NCBI RefSeq assembly: GCF_009914755.1
Contig: NC_060931.1
Strand: one strand, 5' to 3'
Origin: the human T2T-CHM13v2.0 reference genome, Homo sapiens
Length of the DNA stretch: 64,000 nt
This document shows, piece after piece, positions 46,121 to 61,564 of this stretch (positions are counted from its first letter, which is position 1; every line of letters starts with the position of its first letter). The notes beneath the pieces were generated by a model that searched no databases, was not told where the DNA came from, and worked only from the letters and a program-made list of their open reading frames with translations. Made by a program: the position numbers and the translations under genes.

Positions 46121-47836
46121 AACTGAACCAGGGAGAAATAGATTCCCTGAAGAGACCAATAACAAGCTCTGAAACTGAATCAGTAATAAGTAGCCTACCA
46201 ACAAAACAAAGCCCAGGACCTGATGGATTCACAGCTGAATTCTACTAGATGTTCAAAGAAGAGCTGCTACCATTCCTACTGAAACTATTCCAAAAAACTG
46301 AGGAGGAACTCCTCCCTAACTCATTCTATGTGGCCAGCATCTTCCTGATACCAAAACCTGGCAGAGAAACAACAAAGAAAGAAAACTTCAGGCCAATATC
46401 TTTGATGAGCATCAATGCAAAAATCCTCAATAAAATACTGGCAAACTGAATCCAGCAGCACATCAAAAAGCTAATCCACAATGATAAAGTAGACTTCATG
46501 CTCGGGATGCAAGGTTGGTTCAACATACACAAATCAATAAATGTGATTCATCTCATAAACAGAACTAAAGGCACAAACCACACGATTATCTCAACAGATG
46601 CAGAAAAGACCTTCAATAAAATTTAATACCCCTTCATGTTAAAAACTCTCAAAAAACTAGGTATTAAAGGAACATACCTCAAAATAATAAGGCCTGTCGA
46701 TGACAAAACCACAGCTAACATCATACCAAATGGGCAAAAGCTGGAAGCATTTTTCTTGAAAAATGGCACAAGACAAGGATATCCTCTCTTACCACTACTA
46801 TTCAATATAGTATTAGAAGTACTAGGCCAGAGCAATCAAGCAAGAAAAAAATAAAGGGCATCCAAATAGGAAAAGAAGAAGTCAAATTATCTCTGTTTGA
46901 AGACAACATGATTTTATATCTAGAAAACCCCATAGTCTTGGCTCAAAAGCTCCTTCAGCTGATAAACAACTTCAGCAAAGTTTCGGGATACAAAATCAAT
47001 CTACAAAAATTACTATCATTTCTGTATACCAAAAACAGCCAAGCTTTGCCAAGCCAAATCAGGAAGGCAATCTCATTTGCAATTGCCACAGAAAGAATAA
47101 AATACCTAGGTATACGGTTAACCAGGGAGGCGAAAGATTTCTACAATGAGAATTATAAAACACTGCCCAAATAAATCAGAGAAGACACAAACAAAAGGAA
47201 AAACATCCTATGCTCATGGATAGGAGAATAAATATCATTAAAATGGCCATACTACCCAAAGCAATTTACAGATTCAATACTATTCCTATCAAACTACCAA
47301 TGTCATTCTTCACAGAACTAGAGAAAATTATTTTAAAATTAACATGATTGAAAAAAAAAGCCCAAATAGCCAAAGCAATCCTAAGCAAAAAGAACAAAGC
47401 TGGAAGCAACATGTTATCTGACTTCAAACTACACTATAGGGCTACAATAACCAAAACAGCATGGTACTGGTACAAAAACAGGGACATAGACCAGTGGAAC
47501 AGAAATAAGGCTATCTATGACCATTTGATCTCTGACAAAGCTGACAAAAACAAGCAAGGGGAAAAGACTCCCTATTCAATAAATAATGCTGGGATAACTG
47601 GCTAGCCGTAGGCGGAAGACTAAAGCTGGACCCCTTCCTTACACCATATACAAAAATCAGCTCAAGATGAATTAAAGACTTAAATGTAAAATGCAAAACT
47701 ATGAAAACCCTGGAAGACAACCTAGGCAATACCATCCTGGACATAGGAATGGGCAAAGATTTTATGACAAAGACACCAAAAACAATTGCAACAAAAGCAA
47801 AAATTGACAAATGGGATCTAATTAAAGAGCTTCTGG

Positions 47837-47940
47837 ACTCCTCCTTCCTGCCATCTTGTAAGGAAGGTGCCTTGCTTCCTCTTCACCTTCTGCCATGATT
47901 GTAAGTTTTCTGAGGCCTCTCCAGCCATGATGAATTGCGA
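47837..47940 (+). mobile_element. THE1D-like LTR fragment (R region only)
   Basis: ctccttcctgcc..gccatgattgtaagtttt..gaggcct..ccagccatg; compare the intact copy at 32030-32100. Confidence 0.85.
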
Positions 47941-48129
47941 AAGAGCCATGTAATCATGCCAACATTCTGATGAAGCCTGATCCAAGAACCTTATGGACTA
48001 ATGGTGATTCAAAGCAGGGCTAACTCAGGCAGTGTACCCAGAGTCAGCTACACTCCAGCCAGGGTGTGACAGAGTTAGAAGACCTCACTCAAAAAAAAAA
48101 AAAAAAAATCTAAAACAGCAACTTCAGTG

Positions 48130-48374
48130 TGCAGGAAGGAGCAAGGAGCATAAGAAAATTTAAAAAGAGGTGTCAGAGGGATGTGGCCTGAGAGACTCCA
48201 TTGTCATTGCTGGCCCTGAAGGTGGAAAAGTCATGAGCCAGGGCAGGCAGATGGCCTCTAACAGCTAGAAAAGGGAAAGGAAAGAATTCTCTATGGAGCC
48301 TCCAGAAGGGACACATCCTGCCAACACCTTGATTGTAGTCTGTAAGACCGTTTGGACTTTTAATCTCCAGAACT
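48130..48374 (+). mobile_element. MLT1D-like LTR fragment
   Basis: atgagccagggcaggcagatggcctcta..ggagcctccagaagg..ccaacaccttgatt..ccagaact. Confidence 0.8.
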
Positions 48375-49596
48375 CTATTGAAGCTTAGGAGAAGATGGTA
48401 GCTAGGAGGCAGGACTAGCCTGCAGCTCCAGCTCAGACAAACAGAGCAGTGTGTGGAGACTCATATCATGAACTTTTGCTCCAGAACTACTATAGGAATA
48501 TATCAGGAAAGCTGAGAGAATCCACAGACCCTCTGAAGGAAGTGGATTGCTCCTGCAGGACCTGGGAGATAGCCCAAATACTGTGCTGGTAACCATAGCT
48601 GAGAGACCTGAAGATGATTCACATGACAGGACTCTGTGCAGACGATCCCCAGTATCAGCCCAGAGCTTGGTAGCCCTGCTGGATGGCTAGGTCCAGAAAA
48701 GAAATAACAATCACTACAGTTTGGCTATCAGGAAACCACATCCCATGAAAAGGGGGAGAGTACTACATCAGGGAACTTTTTGTTCCTTTATGGAACAAAA
48801 GAATCTGAATGGCAGGCTTGAGCCCCAGATCTTCCCTCGGACATAGCCTACCCAAATGAGAAGAAACCGGAAAAACAATTCTGGTAATATGTCAAAACAA
48901 TGTTCTTTAATACCCCCAAAAAATCACACTAGCTCACCAGCAATGGATCCAAACCCAAAAGAAATCCCTGATTTACCTGAAAAAGGATTCAGAATGTAAT
49001 CTACAAAATCTACTAAGCTAATCAAGGAGGCAGCAGAGAAAAGTGAAGTCCAATTTAAGGAAATCAAAAAAAGATACAAAATATAATGGGAGAGATCTTC
49101 AGTTAAATGGATAGAATGAATACAAAACAATCAAACTTCAGGAAATAATGGACACACTTAGAGAAATGCAAAATGTACTAGAAAGTCTCAGCAATAGAAT
49201 AAAACAAGAAGAAAGAACTTCAGAACTCTAAGACAAGGATTTTGAATTAACCCAATTCAACAGAGACAAAGAAAAAAGAATTCTAAAAAACGAACAAAGC
49301 CTCCAAGAAGTCTGGGATCATGTTAGATGATCAAACCTAAGAATAATTGGTGTTCCTGAGGAAGAAGAGAAGTCTAAAAGTTTGGAAAACATAATTGGGG
49401 AATAATCAAGGAAAACCTCCCTGACCTTGCTAGAGACCTAGACATCCAAATATAGGAAGATCAAAACACCTGGGAAATTCATCACAAAAAGAGCATCACC
49501 TGGGCACATTGTCATCTGATTATCTAAAGTCAAGACAAAGGAAACAATTTTAAGAGCTGTGAGGCAAAAGCGTCAGATAACCTATAAAGACAAACC

Positions 49597-52297
<2,701 letters not shown>

Positions 52298-52917
52298 AAG
52301 CTATCAGATTGACAGTAGATATATCAGCAGTAACCTTACAAGCTAGAAGGGATTGGGGCTCTATCTTCAGCCTCCTTAAATAAAACAATTATCAGGTAAG
52401 AATTTTGTACCCAGGGAAAGTAAGCTTCATAAATGAAGAAAAGATACAGTCTTTTTCAGACAAACAAATGATGAGAGAAGTCACCACTTCCAAGCCAGCA
52501 CTACAAGAACTGCTAAAAGGAGCTCTAAATCATGAAACAAATCCTGGAAACACATCCAAACAGAACCTCTTTAAAGCATAAATCTCACAAGACCTATAAA
52601 ACAAAATACAGTTAAACAAACCTAACAAATAGCATGATGAATAGAATAGTACCTCACATCTCAATACTAACATTGAATGTAAATGGTGTAAATGCTTCAC
52701 TTAAAAGATACAGAATGGCAAAATGGATAAGAATTCACCAACCAAGTATATGCTGCCTTCAAAAGACTCACCTAACACATAAAACTACATAAACTTAAGG
52801 TAAATGAGTGGAAAAGGACATTCCATGCAAATAGACAGTAAAAATGAGCAGGAGTAGCTATTCTTATATCAGACAAAACAAACTTCAAAGCAACAGCAGT
52901 TGAAAAAAACAAAGAGG

Positions 52918-52990
52918 AGGCCACTGCAGTCCAGCCTGGGTGAGAGCGAGACTCCATCTCAAAAAACAAAAAACAAACAAACAAACAAAA
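52918..52990 (+). mobile_element. Severely 5'-truncated Alu
   Basis: ccactgcagtccagcctggg..ctcaaaaaa; TSD aaaaaaacaaagagg. Confidence 0.85.
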
Positions 52991-55900
52991 AAAAAAACAA
53001 AGAGGGACATTATATAATGATAAAAGGCCTTGTGCAACAGGAAAAAATCACAATCCTAAATATATATGCACCTAACACTGGAGCTCCCAAATTTATAAAA
53101 TAATTACCACTAGACCTAAGAAATGAGACAGCAACACCGTAATAATGGGGGACTTCAATACTCTACTGACAGCACTAGACAGGTTATCAAGACAGAAAGT
53201 CAACAAAAAGACAATGGATTTAAATTATATCCTGGAACAAATGGACTTAACAGATACTTACAGAACATTCTACCCAACAACCACAGAATATACATTCTAC
53301 TCATCAGCACATGGAACTTTTTCCAAGATAGACCATATGATAGGCCACAAAACTCAATAAGTTTAAGAAAACTGAAAATATACGAGATACTCTCTCTGAC
53401 CACAGTGGAATAAAATTGGAAATCAACTCCAAAAGGAAACTTCAAAACAATGCAAATACATGGAAATTAAATAACCTGCTCCTGAATGATCATTAGGTCA
53501 ACAATGAAATCAAAAGGGAAATTAAAAAATTCTTTGAACTGAACGATCGTAGTGACACAACCTATCAAAACTTCTGGGATGCAGCAAAGACAGTGCTACA
53601 AGGAAAGTTCATAGCCTTAAATGCCTTCATCGAAAAGTCTGAAAGAGCACAAATACACAATCTAAGGTAACACCTCAAGGAACTACAGAAACAAGAAGAA
53701 ACAAACCAAACCCAAACCCAAACCAGGCAGAAGAAAGGAAATAACCAAGATCAGAGCTGAACTAATGAAATTGAAACAAAAAAAGAGTTAAATGAAAGAA
53801 AAAGCTGGTTCTTAGAAAAGATAAATAAAAGTGATAGACCATTAGCAAGATTAACCCAAAAAAAGAAGAGAGAAGGTTCAAATAAGCTCAATTAGAAATG
53901 AAATGGGAGATGTTATAACCAACACCACAGAAAAACAAAAGATCATTCAAGGCTACTGTGAACACTTTTATATGAATAAACTAAAAAAACTAGAGGATAA
54001 TTCCTGGAAAGATACAATCCTCTTGGCTTAAATCATAAAGAATTAGAAAACCTGAACAGACCAGTAACAAACAGTGATATTGAAATGGCAATAAAAAAGG
54101 TACCAAAAAAAAAAGTTCAGGACCAGACAGGTTCATAGCTGAATTCTACCAGGCATTTAAAGAAGAACTGGTACCAATCCTATTGACACCATTTCACAAG
54201 ATAGAGAAAAAGGTAATCCTCTCTAAATCATTCTATGAAGCCAGTATCACCCTAATACCAAAACCAGGGAAGGACATAACCAAAAAAGAAAACTACAGGC
54301 CAATATTTCTGAGGAACATAAATCCAAAATTCCGTAACAAATTACTAGCTAACCAAATCCAACAGCATATCAAAAAGATGATTCACCATGCTCAAGTGGG
54401 TTTTATAACAGGGATGCAGGGATGGTTTAACATACACAAGTCAATAAATGTGATATACCACGTAAACAGAATTAAAAACAAAAATCACATGAGCATCTCA
54501 ATAGATGCAGAAAAAGCATTTGACAAAATCCAACATCACTTTATGATTAAAACCCTCAGCAAAATCAGCACACAAGAGACATACCTCAATGTAATAAAAG
54601 CCATCTACGACAAACCTACAGCCAAAATAATTCTGAATGGAGAAAAGTTGAAAGCATTCCTTCTGAGAACTGGAACAAGACAAGGATGCCCACTCTTACC
54701 ACTTCTATTCAACATAGTACTGGAAGTCCTAGCCAGAGCAATCAGACAAGAAAAAGAAATAAAGGGCATCCAAATAACTAAAGAGGAAGTCAAACTGTCA
54801 ATGTTTGCTGATGATATGATTGTATACCTAGAAAACTCTAAAGATTCCTGCAAAAACTCCTAGAACTGGAAATTAATTCAGTGAAGGTTTAGGATACAAC
54901 ATTAATGTACACAAATCAGTAGCTCTGCTGTACAACAACAGTGACCAAGCTAAGAAACCAACCAAGAACTCATCCGCTTTTACAATAGCTTCAAAAAAAC
55001 TAAAATACTTGGGAATATACCTAACAAATGATGTGATAAACATCTACAAGGAAAACTACAAAACATTGCTGAAAGAAATCATAGATGACTCCAATAAATG
55101 GAAACACATCCCATACTCATGGATGCAGGGTCGATATTGTGAAAACTACCATACTGCCAAAAACAATCTACAAATTCAATGCAATTCCCATCAAAATACC
55201 ACCATCATTCTTCACAGGATTAGAAAAATAATTATAAAATTTATATTGAACCTAAAAAGAACCCACATAACCAGAGCAAGACTAAGAAAAACAAACAAAC
55301 AAACAAAATCCCACAAATCTGGAGGCATCACATTACCTGATTTCAAACAATACTATAAGCCCATAATAACAAAAATAACATGGCACTGGTATAAAAATAG
55401 GCACATAGACCAATTGAACAGAATTGAGGACCCAGAAAGGAACCCAAATACTTACAGCCAACTGTTCTTCAACAAAGCAAACAAATATATAAAGTGGGGG
55501 AAGGACACCCTATTTAACAAATGGTGCTGGAATAATTGGCTGGCCAAGTGTAGGACAATGAAACTGCATCCTCATCTCTCACCTTATACAAAAATAAACT
55601 CAAGATGGATCAAGGATTTAAATCTAAGACCTGAAACTATAAAAATTCTGGAAGATAACATCAAAAAACCCTTCTAGACATTGGCATAGGCAAAGACTTC
55701 ATGACCAAGAACCCAAAACACATGCAAAATAATAATAATTAATAAATAGATGGGACTTAATTAAACTAAAGCACTTTTGCACAGCAAAAGGAACAGCAGA
55801 GAGAGTAAACAGACAACCCACAGAGTGGGAGAAAATCTTCACAATCTACACATCTGACAAAGGACTAATATCTCAGAATCTACAGCGAACTCAAACAAAT

Positions 55901-56934
55901 TAGCAAGAAATAAAACAAACAATCTCATCAAAAAGTGGGTTAAGGACATGAACAGACAATTCTCAAAAGAAGATATACAAAATGCCAACAAACATTAAAA
56001 AATGCTCAACATCACTAATGATCAGGGAAATGCAAATCAAAGCCACAATGCAATATCACCTTACTCCCGCAAGAATGGCTATAATCAAAAAATAATGGAT
56101 GTTGCCATGGATGTGGTGAAAAGGTAACATTTCTACACTTCTGCTGGGAATGTAAACTAGCACAACCACTATGGAAAGCAGTGTGGAGATTCCTTAAAGA
56201 ACTAAAAGTAGAACTACCATTTGATCCAGGAATCCCACTACTGGGTATCTACTCAGAGGAAAAGAAGTCATTATTCGAAAAAGATACTTGCACACACGTG
56301 TTTATAGCAGCACAATTTGCAATTGCAAAAATATGGAACCAGCTCAAATGCCTATCACTCAACGAGTGGATAAAGAGACTGTGGTATATATGTATACCAT
56401 GGAATACTACTCAGCCATAAAAAGGAATGAATTAATGGCATTCGCAGCAACCTGCATGGGATTGCAGACTATTATTCTAAGTGAAGTAACTCAGGAATGG
56501 AAAGCCAAACATCATATGTTCTCACTCATAAGTGGGAGCTAAGCTGTGAGGATGTAAAGGCATAAGAATGATACAATGAACTTTGAGAACTGGGAGGCGG
56601 GGGAAGGGTGGGAAGGGGGTGAGAGATAGAAGGCTACAAATTGGGTTCAGTGTATATTGCTTGGTTGATGGGTGCACCAAAATCTCACAAATCACTGCTA
56701 AAGAACTTACTCATGTAACCAAATACCACCTGTTACCCAAAAGTTTCTGGAAAGGGTATTTAAAAAGAAAATTTTTAAAAAGAGAGAAAAGACCAAAGAA
56801 ACAAAACAGTAGCAACTCACTCTAATTACTGTGGAAACAAACTGGAAATGGGGCTAGAGAAAAGAGGAAGAAGATCCGTGTAGCACCAGCTACTTGGGAG
56901 GCTAACATGCAGGGATCACCTGGGCGAGACCGGG

Positions 56935-57130
56935 AATTTATTTCAATGTTTATTATTTGAAGTGTGTCATTCATTATTTAGAAGTTTGATGATGTTTTTA
57001 TGTCCAGAAGTATGCCAAAGGAAACTAATTCCTCTTTATATCAATTAGCCTGTGGTGGAATTGGTTTCCTTATGCTTAGAGTCAGAGTATCTAAGAACCT
57101 AGTGACCATTTTTAGTGAGGACTTAATGTA
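56935..57130 (-). mobile_element. MER82 (Tigger-family) fragment
   Basis: Ends aagaacctagtgaccatttttagtgaggacttaatgta. Confidence 0.6.
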
Positions 57131-57508
57131 CCCCTAAATTAGGTTTTCAGTTTGTTCACATCCTAAACTAAGCTGCAATCAGGTAGGGATTCAAGGAACA
57201 GAGGCAGCCTCAGATCAAATTTAGTTTAACAATAGATAAGATATTATAAGTTTCTATGTTTGTTATAGAAAAAATAAGTGGAAAAGAAGGTTTTTGAACA
57301 CATGCCCTTAATAACAAGTATCTTATTTGGTTAAATGTAAACATAGTTTTTAACATTTGAAGAAAAACTATTATATAATTTTAAAATTGTACATAGTAAG
57401 GAAAATAGGCCCATAACTAATAATGAAAACAGGCTATTCCAAGAATGAAATGGCCCACAAAGAGGGGCAGGTGAGGGTTAAGAAGTAAAGGGTTAAGAAA
57501 ACAGGGTG

Positions 57509-57800
57509 GGCCGGGCGCAATGATTCATGCCTGTAATCCCAGCACTTCAGGACGCTGAGGTGGGAGGATCACCTGAGGTCAGGAGTTCAACACCAGCCTG
57601 GCCAATGGGGTGAAAGCCCGTCTCTACTAAAGGTACAAAAATTATCTGGACGTGGTGGTGCACACCTGTAATCCCAGCTAAAGGGAGGCTGAAGCAGAAT
57701 TGCTTGAATCTGGGAGGTGGAGGTTGCAGTGAGCAGAGATCACACCACTGCACTCAAGCTGGGCAACAGAGCGAGACTCTGCCTCAAAAAAAAAGAAAAA
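57509..57800 (+). mobile_element. AluSx/Sz element
   Basis: Alu dimer with A tail. Confidence 0.93.
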
Positions 57801-60493
57801 ATAATAGGGGGTATAATAGATGGAGGGGGGAGAGAGTAGGGAGATGAAGGTAAAACTAGGGATGCCAGAGGCAAGAATAGAATTATATTTTAGAACAGGG
57901 AGTCCCCAGCAAACTCATTTGTAAAATGAGAGTTGATTGAAGTAAATCAACTCTAAGATTCTATCTTATACTAAAGCTCCTTTATTTTGTTAAGGTGTAA
58001 ATTGACAGTAAAAAGAAAATGCAAAAGGATTTAGGAAAAGATTGGCTCAGGCTGGGCTGGAGTCATTGAATTAGACGTCAGTGAGCAATGTAGCACTCGA
58101 AATCCTGACCCTTCCTCTTCAGAAATGCATGGCAATCAGCTCTTCCCACTGATTAAAATTTTGGCTCTTAGAGGAAAATTTTGTATGAATAGTTAGGCTG
58201 TGATGTTCTTGTGGATATTAAGTTACATATCACACTTGAGTTTTCAAAAAAAAAAGAGCTTCTGCACAGCAAAAACAAAAACAAAACAAAACAAAACAAA
58301 AACTATCAATAAACAGAAAACCTGCAGAATGGGAGAAAATATTTGCAAACTATGCAACTGAAAAAGGTCTAATATCCAGTATCTATAAGGAACTTAAACA
58401 AGTCACAAGAGAAAAATAACCCCATTTAAAAATGAGCAAATATGAACAAACGCATTTCCAAAGAAGACATACATGTGGCCAACAAGCATACAAAAAAAAA
58501 GGTCGACATTATTGATCATTAGAGAAATGCAAATTGAAACCACAATGAGATATCATCTCATACTAGTCAGAATTAAAAACTCAAAAAATAACAGATGCTC
58601 ATGAGGATGCAGGGAAAAGGGAACACTTATACACCTTTGGTCAGAGTGTAAATTAGTTCAACCACTGGGAAAAGTAGTATGGTGATTCTTCAGATAACTA
58701 AAAGTAGAGCTACCATTTGACCCAGCAATCCCATTACTGGGCATATACCCAGAGAAATATAAATTATTCTACATAAAGACACATATACGTGAACATTCAC
58801 TGTAGCACTGTTCACAATAGCAAAGACATGGAATCAACCTAAATGACCATCAATGACACATTGGATAAATAAAATGTGGTACAAACACACCTTGGAATAC
58901 TATGCAGCCATAAAAAAGAATAAGATCATGTCTTTTGAGGGAACCTGGATAGAGCTGGAGACTATTATCCTTAGCAAACTAACATAGGAACAGAAAACCA
59001 AGTACCACATGTTCTCACTTATAAGTGGGAGCTAAATAATGAGAACTTATGATCACAAAAGAAGGAAAAAACAGACACTGGGTCTGCTTAAGGGTGGAGT
59101 GTAGAGGAAGAGAGGAGGAGGGAGAGGAGCAGAAAAGATAACTATTGGGTACTGGGCTTAATATGTGGCTGATAAAATAATCTGTACAACAAACCCCCAT
59201 GACACGAGTTTACCTACGTAACAAACCTTCATATGTACCCCTAAACCAAAAATAAATGTTAAAAAAAGAAAGTATTTAAGAATTCATGAAAACAAAAAAT
59301 CAACATACCAAAACTCATGGGATAGCAAAGGTAATGCTAAGGGTGAAACATATAGCTATAAATATATACATTTAAAAACAAGATAAACCTCAGAAGAACA
59401 ATCTAACTTACAAATTAAGGAGCTAATAAAGAAGAAATAACTAAATCCAAAGCCAGCAGAAAGAAGGAAATAATAAAGATTAGAGAGAGATAAATGAAAT
59501 AGAGACTAGAAAAACAATTGTGAATATCAGTGAAACAAAAAGCCACTTTTTCAAAAAGATCAACAAAGTTGAAAAATCTTTAGCTGGATTGACTAAGAAA
59601 AAAAGGAGAAGACTAAAAGAAATATAATCAGAAATGACATAAGAAGGGACATTACACTTGATACCACAGGAATTCAAAGGATAGTAAGAAAATACCATGA
59701 ATAATTATATGTCTAAATTTGGATAACTTACATTAAATGGACAAGTTTCTAGAAACACACAACCTACTAAGACTAAATCAAGAAGAAATATAAAATCCAA
59801 ATTGACCTATTTACTAAGGAGATTGAATCAATAATAAATTTTCCAACAAAAGGAAAATCCTGGACCTGATGGCTTCACTGGTGAATTCTACCACACATTT
59901 AAAGAAGAACTAACACCAATTCTTCTCAAAATTTTCCAAAAATTTGAAGATAAAATACGTTCTAACTCATTCTATAAGGCTAGCATTTCCCTGAAAACAA
60001 AGCCAGACAAAAACACTAAAAGAAAATAAAACTACAAGCCAATATCCCTTATAAACATTATGACAAAAACCCTCCACAAAATGCTAGCAAACTCAATTCA
60101 GCAGCCTATGCAAAGGATTACATACGACGACCAGATGGGATTTACTTCTGGAATACAACTATGATTCAACATATGAAAACTGATCCATGTAATAAACCAC
60201 ATTAGTGAAATGAAGGAAAAACAAAAAGCTGTAGGACGATTACTACAAAGCTATAGTCATCGAAACCCCCACCCAAATACCCAGTGATATTGACATCAAC
60301 TCCACAGCACTATAGAAAATATAGTGGGTGTAAGAACTAGAAGCATGAACTTGAGAAGCAGACAGCCTGAGTCCAACCCCTTTTGCTGGACACATTAATG
60401 GAAAAACTGTCAAAAGAGTGTGGTACCAACAAACATATAGGCCCATGGAATAGAACAGAGAAAATAGGACCAGAAATATGTCCTCACATATAT

Positions 60494-60836
60494 GTGTTTT
60501 AGTTGACAAAATACCATAGACTGGGTGGCTTATAAACAACAGAAATTATTTTTCATACTTCTGGAGGCTGGGAAGTCCAAGATCAAGTTCTCATCATCAG
60601 ATTTGGTATCTGGTGAGGGCTTTCTACCTGGTTCAGAGATGGCCATCTTTTTGCTACATCCTCACATAGTGGAAGAGACAAGGGATCTCTTTTATAAAAG
60701 CATTAATCCCATCCATGAAGGCTCTAGCCTCATGACCTAATCACTTCCCAAAGGCTCATCTCCTAATGCTATCACCTTGGGGTTAGGGTTTCAACATATG
60801 AATTTTGGGAGGACATAAAACATTCAGTCTAATGCA
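60494..60836 (-). mobile_element. MLT1A-type MaLR LTR inside L1MB
   Basis: accatagactgggtggcttataaacaac..ttcaacatatgaattttggg. Confidence 0.85.
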
Positions 60837-61250
60837 TATGGTCAATTGATATTTTACAAGGATGCCAAGACCATTCAAATGGGGAAAGGACATTCTTTTC
60901 AACAAATTATACTGGGAAAACTGGATACCTACATGCAAAAGAATGAAGTTGGATCTTACCTAACTCCCCAAAAAATAATTAACTCAAAATGGATCAAAGA
61001 CCTAAACATAAGACCTAAAACTATAAAACTCTTAAAAGAAAACATAAAGCAAAAGCTATGATTTGGCAATGATTTCTTGACTATGATACCAAAGGCATAG
61101 ACAATAAAATTAAAAAAAGACAAACTGGACTTTATGAAACTTTTTTAAATGTTGTGCATCAAAAGACACTATTAACAGAGTAAAAAGGCAAACCACAAAA
61201 CAGGCAGAAATGTTTGCAAATTAGATATCTGATAAGGGACTAATACCTAG

Positions 61251-61564
<314 letters not shown>

